64,000 nt of DNA from Alphaproteobacteria bacterium (GCA_965243135.1 OZ251539.1:2144001-2208000), one strand, 5' to 3'. Numbered from the stretch's first letter, positions 9,944 to 18,398 are shown. The notes: generated from the sequence alone by a model not told the origin. Translations and numbers: made by a program.

Positions 9944-10808
9944 CGTAGTCTTTGACTCGAAGGGCCCCCTTCCTGGCAAGCTTGTCCGGCCAACTGAGCC
10001 GTGAGTTGCGGAAACAGCTGTCAAGAACGAAAAGCTTGCGACCCTGATTCAAGGCGGCGCGAGCTTGAATGAGCGTTCCTGACCTCTCTCCGGCCTCTAC
10101 GATGACGGTCGCCTCGGTGAGCGCGGACATGGTCACGTTGCGCTCGGGAAAGAAGAGACGGTTGCGTCTGTAATCCTGCGATTCGTATCGCCTGACGGGA
10201 ACTTGGCTGACGACCAGGAAGTGCTTCGCGATGTCGCGTTGCAGCTCGGCGTTCTCTTTCGGATAGGCGTGCGAAAGAGGCGTGCCGATGACCGCGATCG
10301 TCCGGCCGCCGTTCTCGATGGCGGTCTCGTGGGCCATGCGGTCGATCCCGGCAGCCAGACCCGAGACGACGGTGAATTCTCCTTTGACCAGCTCGCGCAC
10401 GAGACGCCGGGTGCGAGCGAGCCCCTCACGCGACGGCTTCCTGGCGCCGACGACGGCAACCGAGCGCGAGGCCGCCAAGTCCCACCAGCCCCTATAGTAC
10501 AGGCATTCGACTGGGTAGGTCGCATCCCGGAGCTTCTCGGGATACTCGCCCGCGCCATGCACCCTGACTCCGAATCGGCCGATCCCGGCCTCTTCGAACC
10601 GTTGCCTCACGAAAGCCGCGCAGTCATACGCCCGATCTGCGGGAACGAAATCCGACGGGATGCTACCGGGATGCTGAGCGAACCGCTTCGACAAGGATTT
10701 GAACGTCGTCTTCGGCTCGGTCCACAAAGCCTCGTAAGCCCCCATCTCCAAGAATGGCGAGACGGCGCGGCTCTGGAAATCGGAATTTTCGAGCGCCAGT
10801 TCTGCCAT
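9906..10808 (-). CDS. DprA/Smf (SLOG)-family protein lacking the usual C-terminal domain (ShosA-like)
   Basis: EYPEKLRD, VAVVGARKPS, VVSGLAAGIDRMAHETAI, TIAVIGTPL, YPKENA, FFPERNVTMSALTEATVIVEAGERSGTLIQA..ALNQGRKLF. Confidence 0.88.
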   Translation of the reverse strand: MAELALENSDFQSRAVSPFLEMGAYEALWTEPKTTFKSLSKRFAQHPGSIPSDFVPADRAYDCAAFVRQRFEEAGIGRFGVRVHGAGEYPEKLRDATYPVECLYYRGWWDLAASRSVAVVGARKPSREGLARTRRLVRELVKGEFTVVSGLAAGIDRMAHETAIENGGRTIAVIGTPLSHAYPKENAELQRDIAKHFLVVSQVPVRRYESQDYRRNRLFFPERNVTMSALTEATVIVEAGERSGTLIQARAALNQGRKLFVLDSCFRNSRLSWPDKLARKGALRVKDYDDIQQHLSPTLH

Positions 10809-12178
10809 TGCCGTGCCCCGTCGGTCTCTCCATTGGCGCTTAATATTACCGCAGCCCGATAAGGAACGAAACAGAAATATGCGTCGAGGCGATTGCGCCG
10901 TGCCATTTCTGCCGGTTGCCGTCCGTTCGGCGCCCCGAGCCTCGCTCCGGCTGCCTGTCGGCAGGCCCGCAAAGGTCGCGCAAGCGGACGACCTCGGAAC
11001 GATAACGAATTATCCGGTCGCCCAAGCGCCGCGCGCAAACTCATGGCGAGTCGGCCGTGGTCCGAACTCGGACGCGCAGTCGCGAAGCGGCTTGGGGGGA
11101 AATCTGCGAAAACGGCGTTCTCGGCGTGGAAAATTCCCGGTTTCCGCGTTCGAATCGGGGCAAAAGAAATTTGCGCCCCTGAAAGCTCTCCGCATTTCAG
11201 AACGTTACGAACAGCGCAAGAGACTCCTTCGATGCGCATGAAGGAAGTCGACCGCCCGTTCGTCGGGCCGGAGCTTCTCGAGAAACGTCCAAGCGTCGGG
11301 CGCGGCGGCGGCGAGCTGCGCCGTCGCCTTGCCGGCTTCCGCCCGATATTCAACATCCTCGGGCGAGTACCGTTCGCGAAACTGGCCGTCCGGCTGGTGT
11401 CGCGCCGACACGCTTCTTCGTCCCCGGCGGAAGCGGAACCCCGTCGAGCGAGACGGCGCAGGAGACCGCTTCCTCCGGCACCGTCTTGCGGATGGCGGTG
11501 CCCCCTTCCTTCCTCTTCCAGCGCCGGCCCGCCCCCGTCAACAGATGCTTGAGGCAACTCGACGACGGATCCCAACCGGATTTCGGCCCCGTCCCCGGTC
11601 TGCAGACGAGCCAGCGAGCATCCCGCGAACTGGGCAGCGTGACTGAAATCGTCGGCAGAGAGTCGGATTGCTGCCACGGGCCCGGATTTTGCCGAACTAT
11701 TGCCGATGAAGCGTCATTTCAGGGTCATCCTTTCCTCTCGATTTCGACGAAGCGAAGAATCCCGACGGTCTTCAGGTGTACGATGCTCCCTACTGGACAC
11801 GGGCTCCCGACCGGGTTCATACGGATTGCCACTTACTGGCGGATATGGATCAGGAGCGTCAGGTTCCGTCCGCAATACCGACCATCCAGCGCGCTTTCGG
11901 CAAACAAGGTTCGTAATGAGTGACACTCGGTTTGGCCAACCGGGATGGCGACGGTCTTCAAGGCTGGCGCGGTGCGTAGGAAGGCCCGCAGATCTCGAGC
12001 AAGAATTCCCTTGTCGTGCCCGCCCCGAGGAAACGGCCGATTCGTCGGCCGATAGCTGGCCGCCTGCGCAGGCAGGCGGGCTGCGCATATTGGCGGCATC
12101 CGTCGATATGCGAGACATGGGTTTCTTCGATATCCTCCGATCCCAAATCGACAGAAAGTCTCGCGGAAATCCCTCGAA

Positions 12179-12192
12179 TTGATATTGATCAA
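12179..12192. promoter_or_regulatory. FNR/FixK-type anaerobox
   Basis: TTGAT-ATTG-ATCAA, a perfect match to TTGAT-N4-ATCAA, centred ~62 nt upstream of the USP start codon. Confidence 0.8.
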
Positions 12193-12247
12193 TGCCATAG
12201 TTGCAATTTAGGCCATAATCGCGGCCGATAATCGCAAGGATCCCGGA

Positions 12248-13069
12248 ATGAAAGACATTCTCGTACACGTCGACGCCAGCGAACGTTCGGCGGAACGCAT
12301 CGGCGTCGCAGCGCGCATGGCTGGCGACGCCCACCTCACTGGCCTCTTCGTCGTCCCTGAACCGCGCCTTCCCGGCTACATGGCCGCCTACGCGCTGGGC
12401 GAGTTCATGGAGGCGCAGATCAGCGAGGCGCGCGCCGACGCGGAGAAAGCGGAAGCCAGATTCCACGACATCGCCAAGCAAACCGGCGTGCACGCGGAAT
12501 GGCGCACCGAACAGGGTCCGCTCGACGAAGTCGTCTCGCGTCACTCGCGCTACAGCGATCTCGTGGTGGTCGGCAAGGGCGATGCCGACGATCCGGTTCG
12601 CTTTCCCAATCCGGGGCTCGCGGCCGACCTGGTGATGACGTGCGGCCGGCCCGTGCTCGTCGTTCCCAATGCCGGTCACTTCGAGACCGTGGGCAAGCGC
12701 ATTCTCGTCTGTTGGAACGCCGGCCGGGAAGCGACGCGGGCCGTGAACGATGCCCTTCCGTTGATGCTGGACGCGGAAAAAGTCACCGTGTTGTCCGTGA
12801 ACCCCCGCTCCGGCGGCGACCACGGCGACGTTCCGAGCTCGGACATCGCGCTTCATCTCGCCCGGCACGGCGTCAACGCGGAAGCGGCGAGCACCGTCGC
12901 CACCGGAATCGACATCGCGGACGTCATACTGGCGCGGGCCAGCGACCTCGGCGTCGACCTGATCGTGACCGGTGCCTATGGACACTCCCGCACCCGGGAA
13001 TGGGTGTTCGGCGGCGTCACCGAATCGCTGATGCACACCATGACGGTGCCGTGCCTGATGTCCCACTGA
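12248..13069 (+). CDS. Tandem-domain universal stress protein
   Basis: MKDILVHVD, RYSDLVVVG, GRPVLVVP, ILVCWNAGREATRAV, DLIVTGAYGHSRTREWVFGGVT, VPCLMSH. Confidence 0.92.
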   Translation: MKDILVHVDASERSAERIGVAARMAGDAHLTGLFVVPEPRLPGYMAAYALGEFMEAQISEARADAEKAEARFHDIAKQTGVHAEWRTEQGPLDEVVSRHSRYSDLVVVGKGDADDPVRFPNPGLAADLVMTCGRPVLVVPNAGHFETVGKRILVCWNAGREATRAVNDALPLMLDAEKVTVLSVNPRSGGDHGDVPSSDIALHLARHGVNAEAASTVATGIDIADVILARASDLGVDLIVTGAYGHSRTREWVFGGVTESLMHTMTVPCLMSH

Positions 13070-13094
13070 AACCCGGTCTGCGGACGGCGGAAAG

Positions 13095-13298
13095 GTGACC
13101 GCCACTTACGACGATGTCTGGCGCTGGCTGGAGGCCGGCTGGTCCGCCGCCCGTCGACCAGTCTCGGTTACGGCCTCTTCGTCACGGCGCTGAACTACGC
13201 CGCTGCCGCCTGCCTGCTGTTTCTCGACGCCGTCTACCTGCTCCTGCCGCTCGCCGCGGGGTTCATGTTCGGCGGCCCCCTTCTGGCGGTCGGCCTTG
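13095..13298 (+). pseudogene. Frameshifted, truncated DUF2189-family membrane protein remnant
   Basis: VTATYDDVWRWLEAGW, a frameshift at ~13143, then RRPSTSLGYGLFVTALNY..YLLLPLAAGFMFGGPLLAVGL; similarity ends there. Confidence 0.65.
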
Positions 13299-13350
13299 GG
13301 CGCAGTTTGGCGCGCTCCCCTGCAACTCGCGGGACTGAGCAACCGAACGT

Positions 13351-13473
13351 TTGCTCTCCGAGACTTCGCGAGGAACCTGCTACCAGGCCGCCAACCAGAG
13401 GGGCGGCGTAGGCCGTTGCAGTGCCCGAAACGAACGCATTCTCCCGGTCAAGGATGTCTGGTTGAAGCCCCTG
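13351..13473 (+). pseudogene. C-terminal remnant of a DUF4338 (DruA-like) protein
   Basis: LLSETSRGTCYQAAN..GR..LPVKDVWLKPL resembles the DUF4338 motifs GTCYxAANW and PxKDIWLxPL; internally deleted and with no N-terminus. Confidence 0.55.
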
Positions 13474-13799
13474 CCTGGAGGCAGGGCCTCATCGTCGCCA
13501 CCCCACGACCGAACGCTTACGCACGGACGAATCGCGTTCGACCTTGATTAAAATTAGGGTGCAACCGGTCTTCGGGAGATGAGATTCCGAAAGCGAAAAG
13601 CAGGCGACTGCATCCGCGACCATCTTGTTTCCGGCCCAGCGACATGCGCGGGATTTTACGCTTCCAGCGAGTTTGAAAAAATTATGGCGCGTGACCTTCG
13701 TCAAGCGTTCGCGCCGTTTCCGCCTCCCGTCCGGTCGCGGCGCCGGGTGCCGCTTCGGGCGCGCCCCGAGCGACCGGGCGGAGCGAACTGCCGAACGCT

Positions 13800-15143
13800 T
13801 CAGGGGCGCCTCTCGAAAAACGCGAAGATTTTTTCCGGCGTATTGCTGACGCCGACATGGGCCACCGCTTTCAGGAGTTCGTCATAGTCGTCGATGCCGT
13901 CGAGCAGGATCCTCAACCGTTCCGCCGTGTCGGCGTCGAAAGCTTCGGCCACGAAATTAATCGCGAGGTCGCGGAGCGAAATCATGGACTCCTCGGTCTT
14001 CGCGTCCGCCGTCTTGCCTCTTTCCACGGCCGCCTCGGCCCATTCCAGGCCCCCGTCGGGGGCGGAGACGCCCACCGCGCCCGTATCGCAATGTCGGGCG
14101 AAGCCGGCCATCGACGGATCTCCTTCCAGCGCGGCTTCGGGGAATCGTCCGGATCCCAGCGCCGCGGTCGTCATAAGAAGCCGACGCAACGGGCGGTGCT
14201 CGTCCGTCGAAAGCAGCCCGTCCAGCTCCTCGGCAGCCCGCCGGACATCGTCGCGATCCCCCCGGTACAGCCGGAAATAAGCCGCGGCGGGGTTGCCCTC
14301 GTACTGCGAATAATCCACCCGGTGGACGTCGTGGAGGGCGTACCGCATCTGCGGCCGGTAGATATCCAGCGCGGGATGTCCCGACGGGCCCATGAGGTCG
14401 GCCACGTTCTCCGGGGCGGTCCACGGCTCCGTTCCCGTATAGACGGCCGCCGTAACGACGAAGGGGACCAGATCGTCGGCGCTGACGTACTCCGCATAGT
14501 TCTCGCGGATGCACAGCGGCAGATGGGTCCTGTGGAACGCGATGATTTCCGCCATCTCGAAGTCGTCCTCGGACCGGAATTCGACGATGACGCCGAACGG
14601 CCGGGCGTTCGGCCGCTCCACAACGAAGATCACGTCGCTGCGAGGGATTCGTCCCAACTCGTGGGAGCGGAGTTCGTCGTCGATCATGCGGGCGACCGCA
14701 TCGTCCGGCACCAGGTGGTCCGACACGAGCATCCGCACCAGGCTCTTCGCCATGACGGAATGCCTGAAGACGAACCGGGACATCGCGTCGTGCGGAAAGC
14801 GTTCCGGCCTGTTCAGCATCCGTAGGGGCGTGCATCCGCGTCCGTCCGGCAGGGCCGGGTTCGCCCCGCGCTCCACGAGAACGGCGAAGGCGTCGTATTT
14901 CGCGTCGCGAGCGGCGTAGTGAAGCGGCGAGAATCCTTCCCGGTCCGCGGCATCGAGATCGGCGCCCACCGCGGCGAGAGCTTCGACGGTGGCCGTCTTT
15001 CCGAGGTCGACGGCGAGATGGACGAGCGTTCGACCGTCCGGATGCCTCGGATCGTTCTGCCGGCGGAACAACTCGGCGACGCTTTCCGGAGAACCTGTCC
15101 TGACGGCGTTAATGAGTTGTCGACCGTTCAATTTGCCCTTCAT
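13800..15143 (-). CDS. Ankyrin-repeat / Rpn (YhgA-like, Transposase_31 PD-(D/E)XK) nuclease fusion, ~447 aa
   Basis: ATG 15143 with RBS AGAGGA. Ankyrin units DGRTLVHLAVDLGKTATVEALAAVGADLD, EGFSPLHYAARDAKYDAFAVLVERGANP, RGCTPL. Rpn motifs HDAMSRFVFRH, RSDVIF, IVEFRSEDDFEMA, VYTGTEPWTAP, YRPQMRYALHD, NPAAAYFRL. Confidence 0.8.
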   Translation of the reverse strand: MKGKLNGRQLINAVRTGSPESVAELFRRQNDPRHPDGRTLVHLAVDLGKTATVEALAAVGADLDAADREGFSPLHYAARDAKYDAFAVLVERGANPALPDGRGCTPLRMLNRPERFPHDAMSRFVFRHSVMAKSLVRMLVSDHLVPDDAVARMIDDELRSHELGRIPRSDVIFVVERPNARPFGVIVEFRSEDDFEMAEIIAFHRTHLPLCIRENYAEYVSADDLVPFVVTAAVYTGTEPWTAPENVADLMGPSGHPALDIYRPQMRYALHDVHRVDYSQYEGNPAAAYFRLYRGDRDDVRRAAEELDGLLSTDEHRPLRRLLMTTAALGSGRFPEAALEGDPSMAGFARHCDTGAVGVSAPDGGLEWAEAAVERGKTADAKTEESMISLRDLAINFVAEAFDADTAERLRILLDGIDDYDELLKAVAHVGVSNTPEKIFAFFERRP

Positions 15144-16047
15144 TTCGTCGTCCTCTTCGCATGCGGAGTTCGGTCGCCCCTCGCGCCGCTTCCGGCCGCG
15201 CCCCCGCTCATCGAGTCGCCGGAGGCCGGGAGGCGGTCCTTCGGCGTCCGTCTTCCCGCCCGCGGCCGGTCGCCGACGTTCGCGCAGTTTCCGCGCGGCG
15301 ACGCCCGAACGGGAAACGGCCATGTTAGCGGCGCCGGTCCGGGAAAACCATGTCCAAAGTTGCGCGCGTCGGACGATGTGCCGTGCATCCTGCCCGGTTT
15401 TGGAACGCCTCCGGACCATGGAGGAGCGACGGAAGGAACGGCGGCAGGGCCCTGGAAATTCGAAGAGGCGGCGCTCGCCTGTCGAACCGGGAAGGGAGGG
15501 CGCGGAGCGTCCGTTCCGGCGGCCCGCGCGCGCTTCGCGGCTCCGTCCGCGGACGGCCTCGGCGGAGCCCGACAGTCCGCGCCGCAACCTTGCGCAGCAA
15601 CCGGTTGCGCCTCTATTTTGCAGGCTCTTCGGCACGGGAAGTCCTGTCGCCTTCGGCGATGGCCTGGCCCTGCGCGGACCGCAAACGAACGGGTTCCGTG
15701 ATGAATTCCGAAAGGATCTGCGTCGCGCGATGCGCGCGGAAAAAGCTGCCGTCGCCGCGGGCTGGAACCGGGTCGACGCGTCCTCGCGGCTCGCGAACGA
15801 TGCGCTGCCGCCCTCGACCGCCCTTCCGAAGCCGGGGCCGCCGCAGCGGTCGCGAGAGAGAGTCGGCGAACGGCGGCCTCTTCGTTCGCGAGACGGAGCC
15901 GTCCGCCGGGCCGCCCGGCGAAAACGACCTCCCGCCCGCCGCGCCGAATTCCCGCGCAACCGGCGACCGCGCCCTTGCCGAAAGGACAGCGGTTCCGCCT
16001 TGCCCGATTCCCGTTCCCGGCCGGCCGGCGACGGAAGGCGCGGCTCC

Positions 16048-17595
16048 GTGAACCCGGACGTCATGAAGGAGGAGCTCGACAGGGCCGAAAGGCGCTATCG
16101 ATCGTTGATCGACAACTGCGTCGACGGCCTCGTCGTCATCGACGAGAAAGGAATCATCCTGGAGTTCAACCCTTCCGCCGAGCGCATATTCGGCCACGAG
16201 GCCAACGAGGTCGTCGGTCGCAGCGTCGGCGCGCTGATGCCGGAGCCCGAAAGGTCGAACCACGACCGCTACATTTCCTGTTACGTCGCCGGAGGACAGG
16301 CGAAAATCATCGGCATCGGGCGCGAGGTGCAGGGCCTGCGAAAAAACGGAGAATCTTTCCCTATGCATCTGTCCGTCGGAGAAATCTCGGACGGGCGGAA
16401 CCGCAGCTTCATGGGCCTGGTGCAGGACCTCACGCGGCAGAAAACCGTCGAGGCGCAGCTCCTCCAGGCGTCCAAGATGGAAGCGGTCGGCCGGCTGACC
16501 GGCGGCATCGCCCATGACTTCAACAATCTCCTCGCCGTCCTGACGATGGATCTCGAGATGCTCGCGGACCTCGGTCCGGACAACGCGGAGCGGAGCGAGT
16601 TGTTGACCGAAGCGCTCGACATGGCGCGCGCAGGCGCCGAACTCACCCATCGCCTTCTGGCGTTTTCCCGCCGGCAACCCCTGACGCCTTCCATCGTCAA
16701 CGTAAGCGAGATGGCGCTGTCGCTGGCCGGCCTGCTGCACCGGACGATCGGCGAAGACGTCCGGATCGACGCGGTCGGCTCCCCGAACGCCTGGCCGGTC
16801 TCGGTCGACCGGGGACAGCTCGAAAACGCCATCGTCAATCTCGCGATCAACGCCCGGGATTCGATGCCGAACGGAGGACGCCTCGAGCTGAAATGCGGCA
16901 ACGTCTCTCTCGGGCGCGGCCATCCGTTCGCCGACCTTCCGCCGGGCGACTACGCGAGGCTGGACGTGACCGATACCGGGGAGGGCATGTCGCCGGAAAC
17001 CGCCGCGCGAGCGTTCGAGCCCTTGTTCACGACGAAGGAAAGCGGACGGGGAACGGGCCTCGGCCTCAGCATGGTTTACGGTTTCGCGAAGCAGTCGGGC
17101 GGCCATGCCTCGATCCGCAGCGAACCGGGCGAGGGCACGACGGTGACGCTCCATTTTCCGCGAGCGGACGCGGAGCGCGTCGGCCGGAAAGCGGACGCGG
17201 CCGATCTGCCGACCGGAACCGAAAGCGTCCTGCTGGTCGAGGACGACCAACGAACGCGGAAGAGAACCGCCGAGACGCTGCGGAACCTCGGATACGCGGT
17301 GAAATCCGCTCGAAACGGCATGGACGCCAGAAGGCGGCTGCGGTCCGGCGAGGTTCCGGATCTGCTGGTCACCGACGCCGTGATGCCCGGAAAATGGAGC
17401 GGCGTCGTCCTTGCCGAACACGTGGCCCGATACTTTCCGGCGATCCCGATCCTGTTGTTGACCGGCTACGGCGACGAAACGTTGCGCACAAGGCCGGCGG
17501 GGATCCTGCGCAAACCCTTTACGCGCAAAGCGCTGGCGCAGGCGGTCCGGCGGGCGATCGACGGCCGCCGGAGCGTTCAGGGAGTGAAGACGTAG
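16048..17595 (+). CDS. Hybrid histidine kinase with FixL-type heme-PAS, HisKA/HATPase and C-terminal receiver domain
   Basis: LMPEPERSNHDRYI..IIGIGREVQGLRKNGESFPMHLSVGE (FixL PAS; proximal His and distal Arg kept); H-box GGIAHDFNNLL; N/G1/F/G2 boxes; REC VLLVEDD..VTDAVMP..KPF. Start GTG 16048 or ATG 16063. Confidence 0.88.
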   Translation: MNPDVMKEELDRAERRYRSLIDNCVDGLVVIDEKGIILEFNPSAERIFGHEANEVVGRSVGALMPEPERSNHDRYISCYVAGGQAKIIGIGREVQGLRKNGESFPMHLSVGEISDGRNRSFMGLVQDLTRQKTVEAQLLQASKMEAVGRLTGGIAHDFNNLLAVLTMDLEMLADLGPDNAERSELLTEALDMARAGAELTHRLLAFSRRQPLTPSIVNVSEMALSLAGLLHRTIGEDVRIDAVGSPNAWPVSVDRGQLENAIVNLAINARDSMPNGGRLELKCGNVSLGRGHPFADLPPGDYARLDVTDTGEGMSPETAARAFEPLFTTKESGRGTGLGLSMVYGFAKQSGGHASIRSEPGEGTTVTLHFPRADAERVGRKADAADLPTGTESVLLVEDDQRTRKRTAETLRNLGYAVKSARNGMDARRRLRSGEVPDLLVTDAVMPGKWSGVVLAEHVARYFPAIPILLLTGYGDETLRTRPAGILRKPFTRKALAQAVRRAIDGRRSVQGVKT

Positions 17596-18254
17596 CCGAA
17601 CCCGCGAACGGTTCTGATTAGGGACGGTCTCTCGTCCCCGATCTTTCTTCGCAGGTGGCATATATGGAGATCGACGCTCCGGTCGAAGGGAGACCACGAA
17701 CGGCCGGCCGCCGCCTTGAGCAGCTGGTCGCGCGAAAGGGTCTTTCCGGGATTGCGGGCGAACAACGCCAGGATTTTCAGTTCGGCGGTCGTCAGTTCCA
17801 CCGGCGCGCCGTCGTCGCGAGTCAACGACATGCGTTCGAGGTCGAACCGCCAACCGTCGAACGAGACGCAGCCGCCGCGGACGGGCGCGTCCGGCGGCGC
17901 GCGCCGCAGAACGCTCCTGACGCGCGCCAGAAGCTCCCGGAGATCGAACGGTTTGGCGACGTAATCGTCGGCGCCCATTTCGAGACCGATCACCCGATCC
18001 AACGCCTCCCCCTTGCCGGTGAGGATAAGGATTCCGACGCCGGACCGCTCGCGCAGGAACCGCGTCAGCGACAGGCCGTCCTCGCCGGGCATGACGAGAT
18101 CGAGGATCACGAGATCGACCGCGCGCTTCGCCACCAGTTTGCGCAGCGCGGCGCCGTCTCCGACGTCGCTGACCTCGAAGCCTTCCTTTTCCAGATAGAC
18201 CCTGAGGCGGCGCCTCAGGACCGCGTCGTCGTCGACAATGGCGATATGGCTCAT
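17577..18254 (-). CDS. OmpR/PhoB-family response regulator (FxkR/TorR-like)
   Basis: HIAIVDDD, DLVILDLVMPGEDG, GLEMGADDYVAKPF, winged helix LTTAE..LSRDQLL..DRSVDLHI..IRTVRGFGY; converges on the kinase with a 19-nt overlap. Confidence 0.9.
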   Translation of the reverse strand: MSHIAIVDDDAVLRRRLRVYLEKEGFEVSDVGDGAALRKLVAKRAVDLVILDLVMPGEDGLSLTRFLRERSGVGILILTGKGEALDRVIGLEMGADDYVAKPFDLRELLARVRSVLRRAPPDAPVRGGCVSFDGWRFDLERMSLTRDDGAPVELTTAELKILALFARNPGKTLSRDQLLKAAAGRSWSPFDRSVDLHICHLRRKIGDERPSLIRTVRGFGYVFTP

Positions 18255-18289
18255 CCGCATGCCCGCATTCGGTGACCGGCCGGAGCAAG

Positions 18290-18305
18290 CATACAAAAAT
18301 TTACA
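18290..18305 (+). promoter_or_regulatory. K-box-like direct repeat (OmpR-family operator)
   Basis: CATACA-AAAA-TTTACA, 10-bp period, resembling GTTACA-N4-GTTACA; lies between the divergent response regulator and Crp/Fnr genes. Confidence 0.45.
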
Positions 18306-18398
18306 ATCGGAACGGAAACGCACACGCGAAACATACATTCGGGCCGCCTCTTTATCTTATTTTTCGATTCCTCCTCCCTTCCGTGGGAACCGCCCGAC

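Noticed and set aside
13544-13557. TTGAT-TAAA-ATTAG as a second FNR box
   Set aside because: The right half-site is poor and no intact gene is positioned to use it.
14989-16064. Long N-terminal extensions of the kinase (868 aa) and Ank-Rpn (754 aa) ORFs
   Set aside because: Arg/Pro/Ala-rich non-protein-like text; better starts with RBS exist at 16048/16063 (+) and 15143 (-).
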